Positions 1 through 12,197 of a stretch of 64,000 nucleotides of DNA are shown piece by piece. A program made the translations under genes and the position numbers. Positions within the stretch are counted from its first letter, which is position 1. Every line of letters starts with the position of its first letter. Where the stretch lies: contig JARXAC010000026.1 of the NCBI GenBank assembly GCA_029866065.1, positions 7,250-71,249 on the forward strand, in the 5' to 3' direction. A model generated the notes under the pieces. It worked only from the letters and a program-made list of their open reading frames with translations. It was not told where the DNA came from and ran no database searches. This stretch comes from Flavobacterium sp. GTDB taxonomy: Bacteria > Bacteroidota > Bacteroidia > Flavobacteriales > Flavobacteriaceae.

Positions 1-2072
1 ATAACACCATTTACATTGAGCGCATTCTGGATAGTTAAGGTATTATTTGTTGTTCCTGTATGATTTAAAGTTAAATTGCCTATTGTATTTGAACCAGTTG
101 TAAAACGAATTGTTCCTAAATTGACACTTGTTGTTTTTACTAAATTAAAATCGGTATTTGAATTCGTGGAAATAGATCCAGTTGAATTAAGTACAAATGA
201 AGCGCCTCCGCTAAACAATTGAAAATCATTTCCATTCATGTTTAGAATGGAATCATTTACTAAAGTTAATCCTCCACCTGCTGCGTTTCCTAGTAATACA
301 TTTGATGAACCACCAGTAGTAGAAAGTACAATTGTGTTTGCTGTTGTTGTAGTAATTCTAAACCAACGTAAAGTATTTCCAGCGCCAGTAAATGTTTGTG
401 TTCCAGCAGCGGTTCCATTAGTTGATAATGTGATTGAATTTGCATCCGTAGGTGGAGTTACTGTTCCAACATATGTTAAATTACCTGTCAATAGTATCGA
501 ACTAAAAGGAGAACTATTTGCTCCGTTTATCGAAGTGTTATTGAAAGTTAAATTACCAATAATAGTAGTTGTATTAACTGGAAAAACTTTGGTTCCTGTA
601 CCAGTCAATTTTAAATTTCTGTAAGTGATAGCAGTTGATAAAGTAACATCCAAATTATTATACTCTAAAGTACTGTTAGCAGCAAAAGTTCCAAATGTAG
701 GAGCAGTTGTATTTTCAATTGTTAACTCGGCAGCATTACTAATATCTATAGTTCCTGTTAAAGTAAAACCAGATGGAATGGTAAAGTCGGTGGCGTTAGT
801 CCCATCTCCAACTACAATCCTGGATGCTGCGCCAGATACCACCCAATTCGCTCCAATACTAACTGTAGCTCGATTCGCTATATTATAAACAACTCCGCCT
901 GTACTAAAGTTGGCGGGGTTACCACCACTACCATCAGCATTTAAGCCCCAAGTATTCAAATTATTTAGGTCGCCAATTGATTTAGAGTAATAATTTTCTG
1001 TTCTAGCACCTGAAACAGCTAAATTTACCTGAGTAGCACCATTACTATCATGTATAATATTACCAGAAATTGGTCCTAATGCAGTAGCAACTTGGCGCAC
1101 ATAAATGGTTACAGGTTCATTGACAATATTTCCACCTGAAACATTAAGCGTAATTGGATTGGTTGATGAAAAAGAACCCCCAGTTGATGTAGAAATCTCA
1201 AATCCTGTAGGAGGGGTAATTACCACATTTGCATTTAAATTATCACCAGAAACGTTGTAAGTTTGCTCAGTACTTGGTGTTGAAGACGTTTGAGAAAAGT
1301 TTGTGAGACTGGCAGTTGAAATAGTTATAGCCGGGGTTGATGATGAAGTTGCTGTGACAGTAATATTATCAATACTTATTTTATCTCTATTACCACTTCC
1401 TGAACTATCTCCTGCATGATTATAAAAACGAAGTCTTGCTGTTGCTGAATTATTAAACGCTGCAGGTAATGCTATTGTACTAATTGAACCAGAATTAGCA
1501 CTTTGCACATTTAATATTTGAGCACTATTAATTTCAGTAAAAATTGAATTGTTAGTGCTCCAATATACTCTCAATGATGTTGGTCGTGTGCCATTACTAT
1601 TATCAATAGCTGCCCAATCAAAGCTTAAACTTCCAGCGTTTACTCCTGTAAAGTTTAATAAAAAATCAACTGCAACTGCCTCAGAAGGAGCAGTGGAACC
1701 TGTTGACAAAAAAATAAGATTTCCCGTTCCTTTTTGGACACCTCCAGCAAAACCTGAAACAAAAGTAGCAGAAGTTTTTGTTGTTCTTACTCCATCATTT
1801 GCTGAACCTCCGGCTGTTGTTGGGTAAGATGCCCATCGACTAGCTCCAGTTCCGGCAGCAAAGTTATTAGTCCAATTTGCAATATCAGAAAAATTCTCAG
1901 TGTAGGTTAATCCTACTTGAGATGACATTGGAACTGCTGTCTGCCCCCAACTTACCCCCATTCCCATTACCATAATAAACAGTGTCAATAAACCATTAAA
2001 GCGAGTCGTATTTTTTTTATTGTTTTGGTTTGCAAAAAGTGTCGTACACTCAGAAAGTAAAGTATTTTTCAT
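1..2072 (-). CDS. Large secreted/surface protein, probable T9SS cargo or adhesin (partial; runs off the left edge)
   Basis: Not in the ORF track. Manual translation from the ATG at 2072 is open to base 3: MKNTLLSECTTLFANQNNKKNTTRFNGLLTLFIMVMGMGVSWGQTAVPMSSQ... Long signal peptide ending SWG|Q, very T/S/G/N-rich, Ig-like segment (TPAITISTASL...NLAVSG), then beta-rich repeats. The C-terminal sorting domain is outside the window. Confidence 0.85.
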   Translation of the reverse strand, partial: MKNTLLSECTTLFANQNNKKNTTRFNGLLTLFIMVMGMGVSWGQTAVPMSSQVGLTYTENFSDIANWTNNFAAGTGASRWASYPTTAGGSANDGVRTTKTSATFVSGFAGGVQKGTGNLIFLSTGSTAPSEAVAVDFLLNFTGVNAGSLSFDWAAIDNSNGTRPTSLRVYWSTNNSIFTEINSAQILNVQSANSGSISTIALPAAFNNSATARLRFYNHAGDSSGSGNRDKISIDNITVTATSSSTPAITISTASLTNFSQTSSTPSTEQTYNVSGDNLNANVVITPPTGFEISTSTGGSFSSTNPITLNVSGGNIVNEPVTIYVRQVATALGPISGNIIHDSNGATQVNLAVSGARTENYYSKSIGDLNNLNTWGLNADGSGGNPANFSTGGVVYNIANRATVSIGANWVVSGAASRIVVGDGTNATDFTIPSGFTLTGTIDISNAAELTIENTTAPTFGTFAANSTLEYNNLDVTLSTAITYRNLKLTGTGTKVFPVNTTTIIGNLTFNNTSINGANSSPFSSILLTGNLTYVGTVTPPTDANSITLSTNGTAAGTQTFTGAGNTLRWFRITTTTANTIVLSTTGGSSNVLLGNAAGGGLTLVNDSILNMNGNDFQLFSGGASFVLNSTGSISTNSNTDFNLVKTTSVNLGTIRFTTGSNTIGNLTLNHTGTTNNTLTIQNALNVNGV

Positions 2073-2117
2073 GAAGTTCGGTTTTTATAGACAATTGTTA
2101 AATTGTTTGTTGGTAAC

Positions 2118-2125
2118 GAAATTAA
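2118..2125 (-). promoter_or_regulatory. Bacteroidota -7 promoter box (TAATTTCG) for the secreted-protein gene
   Basis: Matches TAnnTTTG with one mismatch, about 45 nt upstream of the ATG at 2072. Confidence 0.5.
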
Positions 2126-2323
2126 TTGAAATTCACAAATAGAATTAAATATTTAAGTTACTAAATTATTAATTAAAAGTTCCTGAATTAAGTTATCTTA
2201 GAAATCAACTTTTTTTGTTAATAAATTGGGTTAATAGATTGATTTTCTTGATTTAAGGTAAATCTGATATTGGTTGCAAGTTGTATTTATAGTTTACTAA
2301 AAACGATTGACAAAAAAAGTATC

Positions 2324-2366
2324 TTCTTGCGATCCTGGCGTAAAACTTTTCGCTCTTTGCGATTAA
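2324..2366 (-). repeat. CGCAAAG-type intergenic repeat module (A2)
   Basis: Reverse complement TTAATCGCAAAGAGCGAAAAGTTTTACGCCAGGATCGCAAGAA aligns at about 38/44 to 40841-40884. Confidence 0.8.
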
Positions 2367-2429
2367 CAAAATAAGTCTAAAGTTGCTTCTTCTTTAGATT
2401 ATCCTATTAACTTACAAAATTTAATAGGT

Positions 2430-2457
2430 AACCTATAACCTGCAACCCGCAACTCCT
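2430..2457 (+). repeat. Degenerate 7-mer tandem tract (AACCTAT/AACCTGC/AACCCGC/AACTCCT)
   Basis: Four consecutive AAC-initiated heptamers, read directly. Confidence 0.6.
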
Positions 2458-2577
2458 TTTCTTTACGAACTTTTTAGGATAGTGTCAATTATTTACATAT
2501 TTTCGCATGATTACTGATTTCAAGCTCGGCATTAGCCCTAAAATTAGATTTCGGTAAGTTTTAAAAAAGGGTATTTT

Positions 2578-4227
2578 ATGAAATTGTTTACTGAAGTTAA
2601 ATTGAATTTTACCGTATTTGAAAAAATCATCTGCGGGATTATTCTATTAATTCATGTAAACAATTTGTTTCTAGACATCATGAAAATCGATGCTGCCCAA
2701 TATGCTTCTATCTCATTAGAAATGCTCCAAAATCAATCTTACCTTCAGGTATATGATTTGCAAAGTGACTACTTAGACAAACCCCCATTGTTATTTTGGA
2801 TTTCAAGTTGGAGTATGAATGCCATAGGAATTTGCAATTTTGCCTATAAAATTGGCGCTTTTCTTTTCCTACTCTTATCTTTAGTAGCTATTTTCAAATT
2901 CACAATCCTATATTACAATCAAAAAATAGCCAAAAATGCCGTAATTGTATTCGCAACTTGCCAAGCTTTTTTTCTAATGTCCAATGATGTTAGAACAGAC
3001 GGAATATTGACCTCTTGTGTCATAATAGCGATTTGGCTAATTTCAGAATATTGGCATAAAAATAAAATTTCCTATTTGTTTTTTGCGGCTGTTTTCACTG
3101 CTTTTGCAATGATGGCTAAAGGACCAATAGGAATTATTGCCGTTTTAATGCCAATAGGTATTCATCTGTTGTATCAAAAACAATGGAACAAGATATTTAA
3201 TTTTTCCTGGTTGTTTTTTATTTTCGTAGTTGCCGTTCTATTAATTCCAATGTCTTATGGACTTTACACCCAATTTGATTTGCATCCTGAAAAAATGATC
3301 AATGGAAAATTGGAGCAAAGCGGACTCTATTTTTACTATTGGTTACAGAGTTTTGGAAGAATTACTGGTGAAAACGTTTGGGATAATGGCTTGCCTTGGC
3401 ATTTTTTCATAGGATCCATAAGCTGGGACTTCTTCCCTTGGATATTGATTCTCTATGCAGGCTTGTTTTATCAGTTTAAAAAACTTACAAATAAAAATAC
3501 TACAAAAGCACCTGAAATGATTACGTTAAGTGGATTTATCTTACTTTTTGCTTTGCTGTCATTTTCTAAATACAAATTGCCACATTACATCTTTGTAACG
3601 CTTCCCTTTGCGAGTATTATTTGCGCCATTTACATGGATAAATTGTCTCAAAAGCAGCAGCTTATTTGGGAACGAATTTATTTTGCTTTTGGTGTTTTAG
3701 TTGCAATTGCAATCACCATATACCCATTGTTTTTCTTTACAGAAGTAAATTATCTGATTTATTTATTGATTGGGTTTCAACTTTTTTTACTGCTAAAAAT
3801 TAAAAAACTCCCTATCAACGGAATATTCAGGCTTGTGGGCTACACAATTGTTTTGAACGTTTTTTTGAGTTTTGTTTTTTACCCCAAACTATTAACTTTT
3901 CAAGCGGATGCCATGGCTGGAAAATGGTTTTATGAAAATAAAACCAAGGAGAAAGTTTATTTTATCAATGAAAAATCGCATTTATTTAACTTCTATTCTA
4001 AAAATTCCAAGCAGCAATCTATTTTAATTAAAGATATAGATTCGATACATGGATCTTGTTGGTTGTATACCAATGGAGACAATTTAATAGAAATACAAAA
4101 AACCAAAACTATTTTAGAAACAAAGAAATTTGCCGATTACCCCATTACAAGACTAAAATTAGATTTTTTGCTGTATAGTAAAAGATACAAGACAATAACC
4201 TACAATTATTTATTAAAAATAAAATGA
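2578..4227 (+). CDS. ArnT/PMT-like GT-C membrane glycosyltransferase (GT39/83-like)
   Basis: [26 protein letters not shown] and KYKLPHYI motifs; many transmembrane helices. Confidence 0.85.
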   Translation: MKLFTEVKLNFTVFEKIICGIILLIHVNNLFLDIMKIDAAQYASISLEMLQNQSYLQVYDLQSDYLDKPPLLFWISSWSMNAIGICNFAYKIGAFLFLLLSLVAIFKFTILYYNQKIAKNAVIVFATCQAFFLMSNDVRTDGILTSCVIIAIWLISEYWHKNKISYLFFAAVFTAFAMMAKGPIGIIAVLMPIGIHLLYQKQWNKIFNFSWLFFIFVVAVLLIPMSYGLYTQFDLHPEKMINGKLEQSGLYFYYWLQSFGRITGENVWDNGLPWHFFIGSISWDFFPWILILYAGLFYQFKKLTNKNTTKAPEMITLSGFILLFALLSFSKYKLPHYIFVTLPFASIICAIYMDKLSQKQQLIWERIYFAFGVLVAIAITIYPLFFFTEVNYLIYLLIGFQLFLLLKIKKLPINGIFRLVGYTIVLNVFLSFVFYPKLLTFQADAMAGKWFYENKTKEKVYFINEKSHLFNFYSKNSKQQSILIKDIDSIHGSCWLYTNGDNLIEIQKTKTILETKKFADYPITRLKLDFLLYSKRYKTITYNYLLKIK

Positions 4228-4955
4228 AAACCCAAATGCTAAAGAAACTATCTATAATTATTCCTGCTTATAATGAAGGGAATACCATCCATTTAATATT
4301 GGATAAAGTAAAAGAGGTTAATTTATTGAACGATATTGAAAAAGAAATTATTATTGTCAATGATTGTTCTAGTGATCACACCGAGAAAGCAATTCAGGAT
4401 TATATTAAAAACAATGACAAATTAAATATTCAGTACCACAAACACGAATTTAATAAAGGTAAGGGAGCGGCACTTCACACGGGTATTAGTAAAGCAACCG
4501 GAGAATATACCATTATTCAAGATGCCGATTTAGAATACGACCCTAAAGAATTCAATATATTGTTAAAACCCATTTTGGAGGGTTTCGCAGATGTCGTTTA
4601 TGGCTCTAGATTTATGGGAGGCAAACCGCACAGAATTTTATTTTTTTGGCATACCATTGGAAATAAATTTCTAACGATGCTTTCTAATATGTTTACTAAT
4701 CTTAATTTAACAGATATGGAAACGTGCTATAAAATGTTTAATACAAAATTGCTTCAAGGCATAAAATTGAATGAGAACAGATTTGGATTTGAACCCGAAG
4801 TGACTGCAAAAATAAGCAGAATCAGTAAAATTAGAATTTACGAAGTGGGTATTTCCTATTACGGTAGAACCTATGAAGAAGGAAAAAAAATTGGCTGGAA
4901 AGATGGTTTTAGAGCTTTGTTTTGTATAGTTAAATACGGTTTATTGAAAATGTAA
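4224..4955 (+). CDS. GT2 polyprenol-phosphate glycosyltransferase (ArnC/DPM1-like)
   Basis: [35 protein letters not shown] and FEPE motifs; 4-bp ATGA overlap with the upstream gene. Confidence 0.9.
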   Translation: MKTQMLKKLSIIIPAYNEGNTIHLILDKVKEVNLLNDIEKEIIIVNDCSSDHTEKAIQDYIKNNDKLNIQYHKHEFNKGKGAALHTGISKATGEYTIIQDADLEYDPKEFNILLKPILEGFADVVYGSRFMGGKPHRILFFWHTIGNKFLTMLSNMFTNLNLTDMETCYKMFNTKLLQGIKLNENRFGFEPEVTAKISRISKIRIYEVGISYYGRTYEEGKKIGWKDGFRALFCIVKYGLLKM

Positions 4956-5020
4956 AGAGTAGGTTATTGGGTTTTGGGTGTTAGGTTTTTATCGATAGTC
5001 ATAATATCAAAAGGGAACGA

Positions 5021-5054
5021 TTTTTTCCACAGATTAACACCGATTAAAAGGATT
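5021..5054 (+). repeat. CCACAGATT-type short intergenic repeat
   Basis: TTTTTTCCACAGATTAACACCGATTAAAAGGATT; a related inverted piece (ATCTGTGAATCAGTGGC) lies at 40981-40997. Confidence 0.5.
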
Positions 5055-5084
5055 TCCAAATAACCGATTAACTCCTATTTCTTT

Positions 5085-5130
5085 TCTTCGTTCCTTTTGG
5101 TGAAACTTTGTGTCTTTTGTGGTTAAAAAA
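5085..5130 (-). repeat. ACCACAAAAG-type repeat module (A1)
   Basis: Reverse complement contains ACCACAAAAGACACAAAG, 17/18 identical to 40801-40818. Confidence 0.75.
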
Positions 5131-5225
5131 AGTAGCCAGTAATTTAAATTTTATAATTCAACATTTATAATAGTTTTAAACTCAGTGAATCTCTTTGGAA
5201 CTTTCGAGTTCTTTGTGAAATAAAC

Positions 5226-5255
5226 AAAAAAACCACGCAATATGCGTGGTTTTTT
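5226..5255. terminator. Bidirectional intrinsic terminator (GT2 / katG)
   Basis: AAAAAAACCACGCA-ATA-TGCGTGGTTTTTT between convergent genes. Confidence 0.9.
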
Positions 5256-5272
5256 ATTTCAATAGTTAGGAA

Positions 5273-7477
<2,205 letters not shown>

Positions 7478-7538
7478 TTATTATTTAAAAATTACTTACA
7501 AAAGTAAGTTATCAATTTGATTTTAGTATAGCTATTTT

Positions 7539-7574
7539 ATGGTTTTAATTTATTTTTTAATAGATATAATCTAT
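7539..7574. promoter_or_regulatory. Putative OxyR/LysR-type operator upstream of the katG promoter
   Basis: ATAG-N7-CTAT at 7560-7574 plus degenerate ATGG-N7-TTAT at 7539-7553; katG -7 box TACTTTTG at 7498-7505 (minus strand). Confidence 0.45.
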
Positions 7575-7663
7575 AGCCTCTATTTTATTTCGATTATTAA
7601 AACAAAGGTAAATTTATACTATATTTGTTTCTACTTTAAGATTTATTAAATAGTATACAACTT

Positions 7664-9625
7664 ATGAATTTCTCCAATCTATTTCGAAAAAAAACAGTTC
7701 AAGACATATTAAAACAAGTCGCTAAAAATGAAGCCGATGGTCATAATTCATTAGGAAAACATCTTAAAACTAGAGATTTAGCCGCCTTTGGTATTGCCGC
7801 TATTATTGGAGCTGGAATTTTCAGCACCATTGGAAAAGCAAGTTTTGATGGTGGACCCGGAGTCATCTTCTTGTTTTTATTCACCGCCATAGCGTGTAGT
7901 TTTGCCGCTTTTGCTTACGCAGAATTCGCCTCCATGGTTCCTGTTTCAGGAAGTGCTTACACTTATTCCTATGTAGCATTTGGAGAATTAATAGCCTGGA
8001 TTATCGGTTGGGCGTTAATTATGGAATACGCCATCGGGAATATCACCGTTGCCATTTCTTGGAGTGATTATTTTACTAGTTTGATGAATAATATTATAGT
8101 TAATTTGAATCATAAATACGATTGGCATTTACAAGTTTTAGCCGATTGGGTTCAAATGGATTATTTAACGGCTTCCAACGGATTTAAAGACGCTACTGCT
8201 TTAATGCAAAACGGAAAATCTTTTGAGAATTTAAGTTCTTCATTACAAAATGCTTATACCGCTTGGACAACTTCGCCAGTAATTGGTGGGTTTCACCTAG
8301 TTGCCGATTTACCTGCTTTAGGGATAATTATCTTCATTACCGGATTGGTTTATCGTGGAATGAAGGAATCCCGTAATGCTAGCAACGCCATGGTTTTAGT
8401 GAAGTTATTCATCATTTTATTGGTAATTGCTGTTGGTGTTTTTTATGTAGATATAGATAATTGGAGTCCTTTTGCACCGAATGGAGTAGGCGGAATTCTA
8501 AAAGGAGTTTCGGCCGTTTTCTTTGCCTACATTGGTTTTGATGCCATTTCAACCACCGCTGAAGAATGTGAAAATCCGCAACGCGATTTGCCTCGTGGAA
8601 TGATGTGGGCCATTATAATATGTACAGTCTTATACATTGCAATTGCCTTGGTGCTCACCGGAATGGTTTCCTATTCTGAATTGAATGTGGGCGATCCTTT
8701 ATTATTTGTATTTGAAAAATTAGATTTAAAAGTAATGTCGGCCATAATCGGAGTTTCAGCAGTTATCGCAATGGCTAGTGTTTTATTGGTGTTCCAAATG
8801 GGGCAACCTAGAATTTGGATGAGTATGAGCCGCGATGGATTGTTGCCAAAAAAATTCTCAAGAGTGCATCCTAAATTCAAAACCCCCTCCTATGCCACTG
8901 TGGTTACTGGTTTTGTAGTAGCCATTCCCGCTTTGTTTTTGAACCTAACTATGGTAACCGATTTATGTAGTATCGGAACTTTATTTGCCTTTGTATTAGT
9001 TTGCGCCGGTGTATTGGTATTGCAAAACAAAACGGATATTCCTCGTGGAAAATTCAAAACTCCCTATGTGAATTCGAAATATATTGTACCTGTTTTAATC
9101 TTAATTGGATTGGTTTATTCGGTTCAATACAATCAAAAAAGCACGCTTGATTTCATTACCAATGAAAAGAAAATATATGCTCCAGAAGACATTGTCACTT
9201 CTTTAACTCCGGAACAATCAAAACAAGTTTACAATTATTTAGCTTCATTTGATGCCAATAACGCCACCACATCAACCCCGGATTTAGAAGTGATTTTGAG
9301 TCAATATTCTGATAATGAGGATCAATATCAATCGGTAGTAGAAGCATTACCAATTAACGATTCTCAAAAATATGAAACGGGTTTTAGCTTATTCAAACAC
9401 AAAATTCCGATGTGGATTTTCCTACTTTCTTTGTTAGGTTTAGCAGTTTGGGCGTACCGACAAAATTTATCTCTAATTCCGATGTTAGGTTTAATTTCGT
9501 GTTTGTACATGATGGCCGAATTAAGTGTTTGGAACTGGATTTATTTTACCATTTGGTTGTTAATTGGTTTAGTAATTTACTTTGGCTACAGCCGAAAAAA
9601 CAGTAAATTGAATACCACGGAATAA
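7664..9625 (+). CDS. APC-family amino acid permease (CAT-like)
   Basis: GIAAIIGAGIF, GSAYTYSY, FFAYIGFD and GQPRI motifs; multi-pass membrane protein. Confidence 0.92.
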   Translation: MNFSNLFRKKTVQDILKQVAKNEADGHNSLGKHLKTRDLAAFGIAAIIGAGIFSTIGKASFDGGPGVIFLFLFTAIACSFAAFAYAEFASMVPVSGSAYTYSYVAFGELIAWIIGWALIMEYAIGNITVAISWSDYFTSLMNNIIVNLNHKYDWHLQVLADWVQMDYLTASNGFKDATALMQNGKSFENLSSSLQNAYTAWTTSPVIGGFHLVADLPALGIIIFITGLVYRGMKESRNASNAMVLVKLFIILLVIAVGVFYVDIDNWSPFAPNGVGGILKGVSAVFFAYIGFDAISTTAEECENPQRDLPRGMMWAIIICTVLYIAIALVLTGMVSYSELNVGDPLLFVFEKLDLKVMSAIIGVSAVIAMASVLLVFQMGQPRIWMSMSRDGLLPKKFSRVHPKFKTPSYATVVTGFVVAIPALFLNLTMVTDLCSIGTLFAFVLVCAGVLVLQNKTDIPRGKFKTPYVNSKYIVPVLILIGLVYSVQYNQKSTLDFITNEKKIYAPEDIVTSLTPEQSKQVYNYLASFDANNATTSTPDLEVILSQYSDNEDQYQSVVEALPINDSQKYETGFSLFKHKIPMWIFLLSLLGLAVWAYRQNLSLIPMLGLISCLYMMAELSVWNWIYFTIWLLIGLVIYFGYSRKNSKLNTTE

Positions 9626-9645
9626 TTTATTTTAATAGTAAAGTG

Positions 9646-9681
9646 AAAAATCCGTTTTGTAATTTTCAAGGCGGATTTTTT
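9646..9681 (+). terminator. Intrinsic terminator of the permease gene
   Basis: AAAAATCCGTTTTG...CAAGGCGGATTTTTT hairpin. Confidence 0.75.
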
Positions 9682-9759
9682 GTTTCATAATAACCTGAAA
9701 TTTCAATTTTCAAATTCATACATAATAACTATCTTTGACATCTTAAAATAAGAACAAAA

Positions 9760-11538
9760 ATGACTTTATCTCAAATTCTATCGGCACCTATCGAAAAAGC
9801 AATCCATTCGCTTTTTGATGTAACTATTGACAAAATAGAATTTCAATCGACTAGGAAAGAATTTGAAGGAGATATCACCATGGTCATTTTCCCCTTATTG
9901 AAAGTGATTAAGAGCAATCCGGTAGAACTTGGAAATAAAATTGGCGCTTATTTAGTTGATAATGTAGCTGAGGTTTCCAATTTTAACGTGGTTTCTGGGT
10001 TTTTAAACATCGTAATTTCCGATCAATATTACCTGGATTTCTTCCATGATATAAAAGACAATTCGCAATTCGGATTTGTGTCGCCCAAGGCAAATGAACC
10101 CGCGGTGATGGTTGAATATTCTTCTCCAAATACCAACAAACCTTTACATTTAGGACACGTTAGAAATAACTTATTAGGATATGCTGTTGCTGAAATAATA
10201 AAGGCATCGGGTAAAAAAGTATATAAAACACAAATCATCAACGACCGTGGAATTCACATTTGTAAGTCGATGTTGGCTTGGCAGAAATTTGGAAATGGAC
10301 AAACACCGGAAATCGCAGGATTAAAAGGAGACAAATTAGTTGGTAATTTTTATGTAGCTTTTGATAAAGCTTATAAAGAAGAAATCAACCAATTAATGAG
10401 CGAAGGAAAATCAGAGGAGGAAGCGAAAAAGCAAGCGCCAATTATTTTGGAAGCGCAAGACATGCTTTTAAAATGGGAAGCTGGAGATCCGGAAGTAATG
10501 TCACTTTGGAAAACGATGAACCAATGGGTTTATGACGGATTTGGAATAACTTACACCAATTTAGGAGTTGATTTTGACAGTTATTATTACGAAAGCAAAA
10601 CTTATTTATTAGGAAAAGACGTAGTTCAAATTGGCTTGGAAAAAGGAATTTTCGAGAAAGACCCTGACGGTTCTGTTTGGATTGATCTAACGTCGGATGG
10701 ATTGGATAGAAAAATAGTACTCCGTTCTGATGGAACTGCGGTTTACATGACACAAGATATTGGAACTGCAATTCAGCGTGTAAAAGACTTCCCAGATGTT
10801 GGAGGGATGGTTTATACCGTTGGAAACGAACAGGATTATCACTTTAAAGTGTTGTTTTTAATCCTTCAAAAATTAGGTTTTGACTGGTCTAAAAACCTAT
10901 TTCACTTGTCTTATGGAATGGTAGATTTGCCTTCAGGAAAAATGAAAAGCCGTGAAGGAACTGTGGTAGATGCAGATGATTTGATGAATGAAATGACCGA
11001 TACCGCTCAAAAAATTTCTGAAGAATTAGGGAAATTAGAAGGGTATTCAGATGCTGAAAAAGCCAAGTTGTACACTACGATTGGTATGGGTGCTTTGAAA
11101 TACTACATTTTAAAAGTAGATCCTAAGAAAAGAATATTATTTGACCCTGAAGAATCTGTAGATTTTGCTGGAAATACGGGGCCATTTATTCAATATACGT
11201 ATGCAAGAATTCAATCGATTATCCGCAAAGCCAACTTTGATTTTACCGAGAACACAACGATTAAAGTGTTGCACGAAAAGGAAAAAGAATTGGTTAAACA
11301 ATTGGAATTGTATCCTGAAGAAATTCAAAATGCAGCACAAAATCACAGCCCTGCTTTGATTGCAAATTACACTTACGATTTGGTTCGGGAATACAATTCG
11401 TTCTATCAAGCGGTGCCAATTTTAGGGTCTAACGATAACATGGAAAAAGTTTTCCGTGTACAATTATCAAAAAAAGTAGCCGACACTATTGCATCGGCGT
11501 TTCAACTTTTAGGCATTCAAGTTCCCGAGAGAATGTAA
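9760..11538 (+). CDS. argS: Arginine--tRNA ligase
   Basis: VEYSSPNTNKPLHLGH, KMKSREG and GPFIQYTYARI motifs. Confidence 0.97.
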   Translation: MTLSQILSAPIEKAIHSLFDVTIDKIEFQSTRKEFEGDITMVIFPLLKVIKSNPVELGNKIGAYLVDNVAEVSNFNVVSGFLNIVISDQYYLDFFHDIKDNSQFGFVSPKANEPAVMVEYSSPNTNKPLHLGHVRNNLLGYAVAEIIKASGKKVYKTQIINDRGIHICKSMLAWQKFGNGQTPEIAGLKGDKLVGNFYVAFDKAYKEEINQLMSEGKSEEEAKKQAPIILEAQDMLLKWEAGDPEVMSLWKTMNQWVYDGFGITYTNLGVDFDSYYYESKTYLLGKDVVQIGLEKGIFEKDPDGSVWIDLTSDGLDRKIVLRSDGTAVYMTQDIGTAIQRVKDFPDVGGMVYTVGNEQDYHFKVLFLILQKLGFDWSKNLFHLSYGMVDLPSGKMKSREGTVVDADDLMNEMTDTAQKISEELGKLEGYSDAEKAKLYTTIGMGALKYYILKVDPKKRILFDPEESVDFAGNTGPFIQYTYARIQSIIRKANFDFTENTTIKVLHEKEKELVKQLELYPEEIQNAAQNHSPALIANYTYDLVREYNSFYQAVPILGSNDNMEKVFRVQLSKKVADTIASAFQLLGIQVPERM

Positions 11539-11542
11539 TTTT

Positions 11543-12025
11543 TTAAAATCGGATGGCTATTCCAATGCCATTTTCTGATGACGAAATAGAAAATTCTGGG
11601 TCTATAGATGTGGTGTTTTTTGCTATACTACTGTTGTAAGAATCTACAGCTTCTTTCATTTGCTTATTTCCATTTCCTTGAAAAATTAATCCAATAATCA
11701 TTCCTGCAGCTCCAATCCCTCCAACAGTCCAATTGGGTTTCATTTGAGGGTTGTTGCTAATAGAAAGACCTAATGTATATCCAAAAGTAAAAGCACCCAC
11801 ATTAGAAACGATGCCTCCAATTAATCTATTTGTTTGAGCAGAATTCAATTTAGCTTCAATTTCCGAATTGTTAACTAACTTTTTAGCTTCTTGAATGCTG
11901 ATTTTTTTTCCATTTTGATGAATTGCAGTCCCAGCCCAAAAGTCTTTTTCGATACTTAACGGAGTTTGAGAAAAACTTGATATACTTGCTAATACGAAGC
12001 TAATTGCTAATAATTGATTTTTCAT
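11543..12025 (-). CDS. Hypothetical exported protein with Gly-rich hydrophobic hairpin
   Basis: Signal peptide (SSFS|Q), two Gly-rich hydrophobic segments, C-terminal GIGIAIRF. Confidence 0.75.
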   Translation of the reverse strand: MKNQLLAISFVLASISSFSQTPLSIEKDFWAGTAIHQNGKKISIQEAKKLVNNSEIEAKLNSAQTNRLIGGIVSNVGAFTFGYTLGLSISNNPQMKPNWTVGGIGAAGMIIGLIFQGNGNKQMKEAVDSYNSSIAKNTTSIDPEFSISSSENGIGIAIRF

Positions 12026-12197
12026 TATCTATTTATTTTTTTGTTATTTTTGTAAAAATATTGAATTAATAATTGATTAACAAATATTAATTTGATTCCG
12101 AATCAATCTTTGGTCAACGACTATAATTTTTGCCAATTACTCCCTTTGCCACTTTCCAACTTTATCTTATATTTGCAATTCAATAAAAAGCACCACT

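Noticed and set aside
238-1827. Plus-strand ORFs 238-624, 625-888 and 1549-1827
   Set aside because: Antisense shadows of the long minus-strand secreted-protein frame; no motifs or start signals.
2507-2557. 16-codon uORF (MITDFKLGISPKIRFR) before the ArnT-like gene
   Set aside because: Its ATG is only 1 nt after the -7 box, so it would lie upstream of the likely TSS; no other support.
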